From Planctomycetota bacterium (GTDB lineage: Bacteria; Planctomycetota; UBA8742; UBA2392), in the NCBI GenBank assembly GCA_020638675.1, contig JACKID010000001.1, positions 2,125,537 to 2,189,536 of the forward strand: a stretch of 64,000 nucleotides of DNA, given 5' to 3'. This document shows positions 58,414-64,000 of the stretch, piece after piece. The notes under the pieces were generated by a model, which was not told the DNA's origin, searched no databases, and worked only from the letters and a program-made list of their open reading frames with translations. A program made the translations under genes and the position numbers. Position 1 is the stretch's first letter. Each line of letters opens with the position of its first letter.

Positions 58414-59160
58414 TTACTGCTGTCCGGCGTACGCGGCGACCGTTTCAATCATGTCGTCAGCCACCAAGCCGATCGAGGTGCCGATCGAGCCGACCTTGTT
58501 CTTGAAGTACCAGTAGAACACAAGGCCCGGCATGGCGATGATCAGACCGAGAACCGTCGACAGCAGCGCGAGCGCGATACCACCGGCCACCATCTTCGGG
58601 TTCACCTGGCCGCCCGGGGCGTTCTCAATCTTCGCGAAGGCCATAACCATACCCGTCACTGTGCCGAACAGACCCATCAGGGGGCCTACAGACGCGCACA
58701 GCGCGATCGGCGAGATATGGAATTCAAGCTTGCCTTGCTCAGCGTCGCCCATGCTTACGGCCGCGTCCTTGACGCTTTCCGGGCCGAACTGCATGCGGTT
58801 CAGGCCGGCACCGACGATGCGCGTCAGGTAGTTCGGTGCGCTCTCGCAGTACTGAAGCCCGCCTTCAAGGTCGCCCTCGTCGATGTAGTTTTGCAGGGCA
58901 CCGATGACTTCCGGCGGCACGATCTTGTCGCGGCGCACGTTCACGAAGCACTCGATGATCCAGCCGAACATGAACACCGAAACAAGGATGATCATCAGCT
59001 GGGTGATGATGCCGAACGCACCGCCCGGAATGCCGAGGATCTTCTCGCCGAGCGAGTAGCTGCCTTCGCCTTCCTGGGCGAACAGCGCGGGGGCCAGCAC
59101 AGCGCCCGCCGCAAACAGCGCAACCACAGCCATGGCCTTCTTGGAAATCTGCAAGTTCAT
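58414..59160 (-). CDS. MotA/TolQ/ExbB proton-channel protein
   Basis: GPLMGLFGTVTGMVMAF, VAGGIALALLSTVLGLIIAMP; start ATG 59160. Confidence 0.92.
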   Translation of the reverse strand: MNLQISKKAMAVVALFAAGAVLAPALFAQEGEGSYSLGEKILGIPGGAFGIITQLMIILVSVFMFGWIIECFVNVRRDKIVPPEVIGALQNYIDEGDLEGGLQYCESAPNYLTRIVGAGLNRMQFGPESVKDAAVSMGDAEQGKLEFHISPIALCASVGPLMGLFGTVTGMVMAFAKIENAPGGQVNPKMVAGGIALALLSTVLGLIIAMPGLVFYWYFKNKVGSIGTSIGLVADDMIETVAAYAGQQ

Positions 59161-59309
59161 TGGGATGTTCTCCTGCCCTTTACTGATTGGGTCGACCCCG
59201 CCGCTCGGGGTCGCCGCATCAATGGTTTGTTTGGACAACGTCAGAAACGGGGTGTTCGGCAAATGGTTCAAGAAAATGCGTTATTTGCCCACTCCGGTTG
59301 TGCCACCTT

Positions 59310-60677
59310 TTAGTCACCCTTGTACGTGTTGATGATCTTCTGGATCCCCGGAAGTGACTCATCTTCCGCGGCCTTGGTCTTGCCCAGCAGGCTGGTCAGC
59401 TCGGACACGTACTTGTCCGCCAGTCTTGCGTAGTTTTCGGAGATCAGGGCCACCTTCACCATTCTGTCGTTGCGCTTGACCTCGACCAGCTCGCCCTTGT
59501 TCAACTCGGCAAGCTGGGCACAGGCGTTGGCCGCCCCAAGAAGCGCCTTGCTGCGAATTTCGTCGTCCGCGTTGAACAGTGACAGCGACGTGCTGAAGTT
59601 CTCGAGCGCCTCGGCCCACTCTTCCGCCTTCTTCGCGGTCGCCGCGTTCACCAGGCCCTGCCCCAGGTAGCTGCCGGCCGTGAGGTAGGCGAGGTCGGGG
59701 CTAATCCAGTCCGCACGGGGCTGCCATGGGCGATCCGGGTTGGGCTTGTGAGCCTCCTTCCAGTTCTTGACGGCTTCGTAAAAGCGCGCCTGGGCGCCGC
59801 GGGTGTCTCCCTCAAGGATCTGCATGAAGCCGACCTTCAACTGCGCCTCGTAGGAAGCGCGCGAAGGCTTGCCGCCCTGCTTCTTGAGAGCAACGCGGGC
59901 AAGATCGTCGTAAGCGTCGCGGGCGCCCTTATAGTCCTTCTGTTCTTCGGCGTAGCGGGCCGAGGCGCGGAGCGCGCGAAGGCCCCAGTCGAAGTATTCC
60001 TTGTCGCCGGAATTGGACGCCAGATTCTCCGTCAGTTCCATCAGCGGCTTGAACGCCTTGTCAGCTGCCGTCTTGGCGTCGCCTTTCTTGAGGTATGCCA
60101 GACCGAGAGCCTCGAGTGCATCGAGATAGAACCGGTTCAATCCGCCTGCGTTGGTGACAGCCTTGCCCGAGACCTTCGAGGCGTAGTTCACGCGGGGCAC
60201 GACACTCTTGTCGTAAAGGTTCTCCGCCTTCTCGCAGTCCTTGAGATAGTCTTCAAGCTGTTTGATGGCTTCGTTCCAGTCATTCTGCAGGTAGTACCCC
60301 ATCGCCGCGTAGTACTTTGCCGAGAGCAATATTCCCTTCCAGGCATCATCGAAGCCCGCAGGCGCCTTCATATTGAGGACAGCCTGCGCATCCTGGATCA
60401 AACGCCCCGACTGCCCGCCGGCCAGCTTGCGGCTGAGTCCGTTGAACTCGTCCATGGCGTTGCCGTTGTAGCGCACTGTGTCGGCTTCCCACGGCTTGAC
60501 CTTGGTGCCCGGGCGGCCGCGCTCTGACTCCCAGATGATGCCGGACACGGTCTCGGCCTGGACGTCATAGGCGGTGCTGGCCTTGCCGTTCTTGGTCTGG
60601 ATCACGCCGCCCGCTGCCGCGGACAGAGCGCCCGCAAACAGAGCTGCAACAGTGGTTGCCAGAATCAGGTTCTTCAT
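59310..60677 (-). CDS. Secreted alpha-helical (TPR-like) protein
   Basis: Signal peptide MKNLILATTVAALFAGALSAAA; Ala/Tyr/Leu helical pairs (AMGYYLQNDWNEAIKQLEDY, ALGLAYLKKGD). Confidence 0.75.
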   Translation of the reverse strand: MKNLILATTVAALFAGALSAAAGGVIQTKNGKASTAYDVQAETVSGIIWESERGRPGTKVKPWEADTVRYNGNAMDEFNGLSRKLAGGQSGRLIQDAQAVLNMKAPAGFDDAWKGILLSAKYYAAMGYYLQNDWNEAIKQLEDYLKDCEKAENLYDKSVVPRVNYASKVSGKAVTNAGGLNRFYLDALEALGLAYLKKGDAKTAADKAFKPLMELTENLASNSGDKEYFDWGLRALRASARYAEEQKDYKGARDAYDDLARVALKKQGGKPSRASYEAQLKVGFMQILEGDTRGAQARFYEAVKNWKEAHKPNPDRPWQPRADWISPDLAYLTAGSYLGQGLVNAATAKKAEEWAEALENFSTSLSLFNADDEIRSKALLGAANACAQLAELNKGELVEVKRNDRMVKVALISENYARLADKYVSELTSLLGKTKAAEDESLPGIQKIINTYKGD

Positions 60678-60701
60678 GGTCTGTCTCCTTGCCGCCAGGG
60701 C

Positions 60702-63700
60702 CTATCCGCCCGTGGAAAGCTTGATGTCGTTCTTCTTGCAGAGATCGGCGATCTTCTTGGCGTAGTCTTTCAGCCGCTTGAGATACTCCTTCATCTCCGT
60801 CGGCAGATAGGTCGCCTCCAGGCTGCTTTCGCTCATGGCGGTGTCGTAGCCTGATTGCGAGTACGTCTTCACGCCGCCATCCTTCAGCGCTTCCACGCCC
60901 ATGTCCTTGTTGCCGTACTTCTCAAGCCACAGTGCGGTCAGCTTCAACCAGGCCTCGAGGTTGTCGCGGAAGTCGCCGCGGAACTGGTACTCGCTCAAGA
61001 GCTTGAAGCTGGCCCAAATACGCAGGTGGATCTGCGAAGCTTCGAACAGGTAGCCCGCCTGGTCGGCCGGTACGGACTGCAGCACGACCTTGTCGCCGTC
61101 CTTCTTCGGCTCCAGCGTGGGCGTGTATTGATCCACATAGGCCGGCCACTTGATCTTCACGTCGCCGGTGGTTGCCTCGTGCAGCAGCAGGAAGACCTCG
61201 GCCATCGTTCGGCCGACGTAGAGGTAGTAGTCTTCAATCGCCTTCTGCAGGTCCGTGTCTTCCGGGCGATTGCTGGTCACCCACTTGTACTTCTTGCCGC
61301 CGACCTCGTTCGCGTCGCGAACAAGGTTGAAGCACCAGCAACGGCGCATCAACAGCGCAGACTTCTTGAGATTCGCGACGTCGCCGGTTTCCTTGTAGAG
61401 CTCTAGGTAGGCCCTTCCGAGCTGGTACTTCAGCTCGTACTCGTTACCGCTGCCGGTCTTGCCGATGGTCTTGGTGCGCTGATCAACCGGGACCTCGGTC
61501 TCCTTGCCCCACACCTTGTCGCCGCCGAAGCGTTCCATGTAGGCGCTGAGGTACTTGACCGTGTTGTTCCAGTCGCGGATGCGGAAGTACTGCGTGCCGA
61601 GAAGCTTGACCGACTTCTCTTCCAGCCCTTCCGGGCCGCCCTTGCCCATGCGCAGGCGGTACTCTTCGTAGTACTTCAGGATGCGCGTGGTGGCCGGTCG
61701 GGCTCGCTCCAGCACGTCCTGAGACTGGGACTCCAGGAAGTTGCCGAAGTCATAGATGAACAGCGTGCCGGTGAAGTAAGCCAACGCGTCCGTCGCGACA
61801 TCGATAAATGACAGCAGGTCGGCGTACTGGCTGACCTTTGCGCCGTCCGACTCCTTCTTGGCTTGCTCGGCCTCCATCAGCGTGCGGATCTTGTCGACGA
61901 TCTCGTAGTCCGTGCCGCCCGATACCGCCTTCTGCACTTCATCGCGGATCGACTTGAAGGCATCCTTCTTGATCTGTGTGTTGTATTCACCGCGCACGGC
62001 CTCGGCCCAGCGCTTGGGGTACTCCTCAGCGAGTGCCTTCCACTTCTGTGAGACGGCCTCTTTCAGGTCCGGCAGGTACGTGCGGATGTCGTCGTTCTTC
62101 GGGTGGTCCAGGAACAGGTCGAGCATCCAGCGCTGCCAGAAGTGCTCGGCCAGGATCATGCGCTGCTCGTGCGTGCCCTTGGCCTTGGCCAAGCGTTCGC
62201 TGTCTTCCTTGAAGCCGGCGATCGGGTTTCCGTCGCCGTCCTTCGCGGCCGGGTTGATGCGCTCGAACGAGTTCTTCTTCATCAAGTTGGCGTAGGACGT
62301 GAGCTTCGAGGCCGCGAGCGCCAGTGCGCTGATCTTTGGGGTCAGCTTCTCGTTGAGGATCGCGTACACGTTGCTGACCATGTACTGGATCTGCTTCTCG
62401 TCGTCCGGGAAAGCCTCGACATAGGCCTGGTACACGGCCTCGGCCGCGTCCTCGTCCTTGGCTTCGGACAAGGCGCCGAAGCTGAGTCGGAGCGAATACT
62501 TCTTGTACTCCGGGCTGTCGGCGAGGTGCGTGCCGAACCACTTCCAGTACGGACGCAGGATGGAGAGCGCCAGCGTCCGCTCCTGGGCCTTCAAATTCTC
62601 GGCAACTTCATCCGAGAGGCTCTTTGGTGGATTGCGCAGCAGGTAGCAAAGATCGTACGCCGCGTAGCCCATGCGCTTCATGTCCGGGTCGGGCTCGCCG
62701 GTGCCGGACGGGTTGTCGCGTGACCATTTGGCGTTGTGAACCTGGGCAATCGCGCCGATACAGTCGGCGATCGTCGGGTTCTCGATCGCGCTCAGCGGCT
62801 CCTTGATCTCTTCCCAGGCCTTCTGGGATTCGAACAGGAAGTACTTCTTGTAGTAGTAGACAGCCTTGTTCCAGTTCACCAACTGGTCCGGCGTATTATT
62901 GTCGAGGATCGCGTCCCAGTGCGGCTTGGCCACGCCCGCAATCAGGCCCTCAGGCAGACCTGAAAGATCGGTTTCGTGCCGGGCGATCTGTTCCTGGTAG
63001 AACTCCGGGTCCTCGATGTCGCGGATGTACTTGTCCTTGTCGACTTCGCCGCGGCGGTTGTTGCGCGAGGCGTTCGGATCCTGCGAAACGTTGTAGTAGG
63101 CCTTGGCGCCGATGTAGAGCGCGATGTGGAAGCTGCGGAAGATGCGCGGCAGGTTCACCATCCGCACGGCCGCCTGGTGGTACTTCTTCTGCGCGTACAG
63201 GTCGTTGGCGGTCTTGTAGGCCAGCTCCATCTTGGCGCGGTCGCCTGCAAGCTCGGCCTTCACTTCGTCGGCTTCCTTGCTCAGCTTCTGGAAGTAGCGG
63301 TTGTTCGGCTCGCCATATTCCTTGTGGATAAGGAAGCTGGCGTGACGCGCGTACTGGTTCGCCATTTCGCCCGGGAAGCCGTTGAGTGACTTGCCGTCCT
63401 TGATCAGGTTGCAGCGGTTCTGCATGTGGGCGGGCACCGGCTGGTCGGGGTCGAATTTCTGCTGGAAGTACACGGTACGGAAGCAGCCTTCGCGGAACGC
63501 GAGCGCCGCGTCAAGGAACCGCCACATGCCGGAGTACATCTCGGCAATCCGCACGAAGCAGGCCGGGCCGTAGGTCTCAAATGTCTTCGTGTCACCGCAG
63601 GCCTGCAGCAGTGACTGGTACGCCTGGATGTTCTTGAGAATGACCGACACCGGATTGGTGTCGAGCTCGGCGTACACGGTACCGGCGCACTTGAAGCGCA

Positions 63701-64000
63701 GCTCGTTGTCGAGGTTGTCGCGCGTTGCGATATCCGCAAGCACGGACAGCGCCTGGCGACGGAAAGATGCATCGCGATCCTGCGCCAGCTTGAACAGCAG
63801 GTCGATGGCGCCCGCGATCTTTGCCTCGTCGCCCAGCTTGATCAGCGCGCTGATGCGGTACAGCTGGAAGCGCTTGAAGTAGAAGTCCAGCTCTTTGAAA
63901 CCGCCGTACGACGCGAAGGCCTCGCCGTACATGTCGATGGTCTTCTGCAGGTTGGCGGGGTCATAGTCGAGCTCAGTCGTCAGAAGCTCGGCTGCGCGCA
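60702..64000 (-). CDS. Very large alpha-helical (TPR-like) protein; 5' end beyond the window edge
   Basis: The frame stays open from 63932 to the window end (RAAELLTTELDYDPANLQKTIDMYG); over 1090 aa of helical repeats (LGTQYFRIRDWNNTVKYL, YQLGRAYLELY). Confidence 0.8.
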   Translation of the reverse strand, partial: RAAELLTTELDYDPANLQKTIDMYGEAFASYGGFKELDFYFKRFQLYRISALIKLGDEAKIAGAIDLLFKLAQDRDASFRRQALSVLADIATRDNLDNELRFKCAGTVYAELDTNPVSVILKNIQAYQSLLQACGDTKTFETYGPACFVRIAEMYSGMWRFLDAALAFREGCFRTVYFQQKFDPDQPVPAHMQNRCNLIKDGKSLNGFPGEMANQYARHASFLIHKEYGEPNNRYFQKLSKEADEVKAELAGDRAKMELAYKTANDLYAQKKYHQAAVRMVNLPRIFRSFHIALYIGAKAYYNVSQDPNASRNNRRGEVDKDKYIRDIEDPEFYQEQIARHETDLSGLPEGLIAGVAKPHWDAILDNNTPDQLVNWNKAVYYYKKYFLFESQKAWEEIKEPLSAIENPTIADCIGAIAQVHNAKWSRDNPSGTGEPDPDMKRMGYAAYDLCYLLRNPPKSLSDEVAENLKAQERTLALSILRPYWKWFGTHLADSPEYKKYSLRLSFGALSEAKDEDAAEAVYQAYVEAFPDDEKQIQYMVSNVYAILNEKLTPKISALALAASKLTSYANLMKKNSFERINPAAKDGDGNPIAGFKEDSERLAKAKGTHEQRMILAEHFWQRWMLDLFLDHPKNDDIRTYLPDLKEAVSQKWKALAEEYPKRWAEAVRGEYNTQIKKDAFKSIRDEVQKAVSGGTDYEIVDKIRTLMEAEQAKKESDGAKVSQYADLLSFIDVATDALAYFTGTLFIYDFGNFLESQSQDVLERARPATTRILKYYEEYRLRMGKGGPEGLEEKSVKLLGTQYFRIRDWNNTVKYLSAYMERFGGDKVWGKETEVPVDQRTKTIGKTGSGNEYELKYQLGRAYLELYKETGDVANLKKSALLMRRCWCFNLVRDANEVGGKKYKWVTSNRPEDTDLQKAIEDYYLYVGRTMAEVFLLLHEATTGDVKIKWPAYVDQYTPTLEPKKDGDKVVLQSVPADQAGYLFEASQIHLRIWASFKLLSEYQFRGDFRDNLEAWLKLTALWLEKYGNKDMGVEALKDGGVKTYSQSGYDTAMSESSLEATYLPTEMKEYLKRLKDYAKKIADLCKKNDIKLSTGG

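Overview
GC-rich bacterial chromosomal window, densely coding. I recognised no rRNA, tRNA, CRISPR array or transposase. Gene content suggests a Planctomycetota/PVC-type organism (inference only). From left to right: a probable selenoprotein thioredoxin/TlpA cut by the left edge (UGA in a UGPC motif, followed by a SECIS-like hairpin); a secreted Ig-like protein; an orphan phage-type HNH pair; dapA; two tandem S8 protease-P-domain-PKD paralogues. The Ig-like protein and both proteases carry MYXO-CTERM-like tails. Next come spoVR, a lipoprotein, ClC-CBS, an MBL hydrolase, HtrA and a repeat-PDZ protein. A long, mostly coupled run follows: dusB, a Pro-aromatic repeat lipoprotein, mlaE-mlaF-mlaD, ccsA, hemA, a sensorless kinase, purD and bioB. 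Then two TetR modules with visible operators, cysS-ispF, TDO and kynureninase, ppk1-ppx, hydantoinase/oxoprolinase A/B, a frameshifted MBL gene, rhodanese, mdh, a PAS-GGDEF cyclase and ino1. The right end holds an envelope locus of large helical proteins, one ExbB/TolQ and four ExbD/TolR (a duplicated pair). Best novelty candidates: the repeat-lipoprotein MCE system, the ExbB + 4 ExbD motor locus, the selenoprotein, the CTERM-sorted surface proteins and a structured intergenic RNA candidate at 2009-2100. All product calls come from motifs read by eye; no database search or folding program was run.
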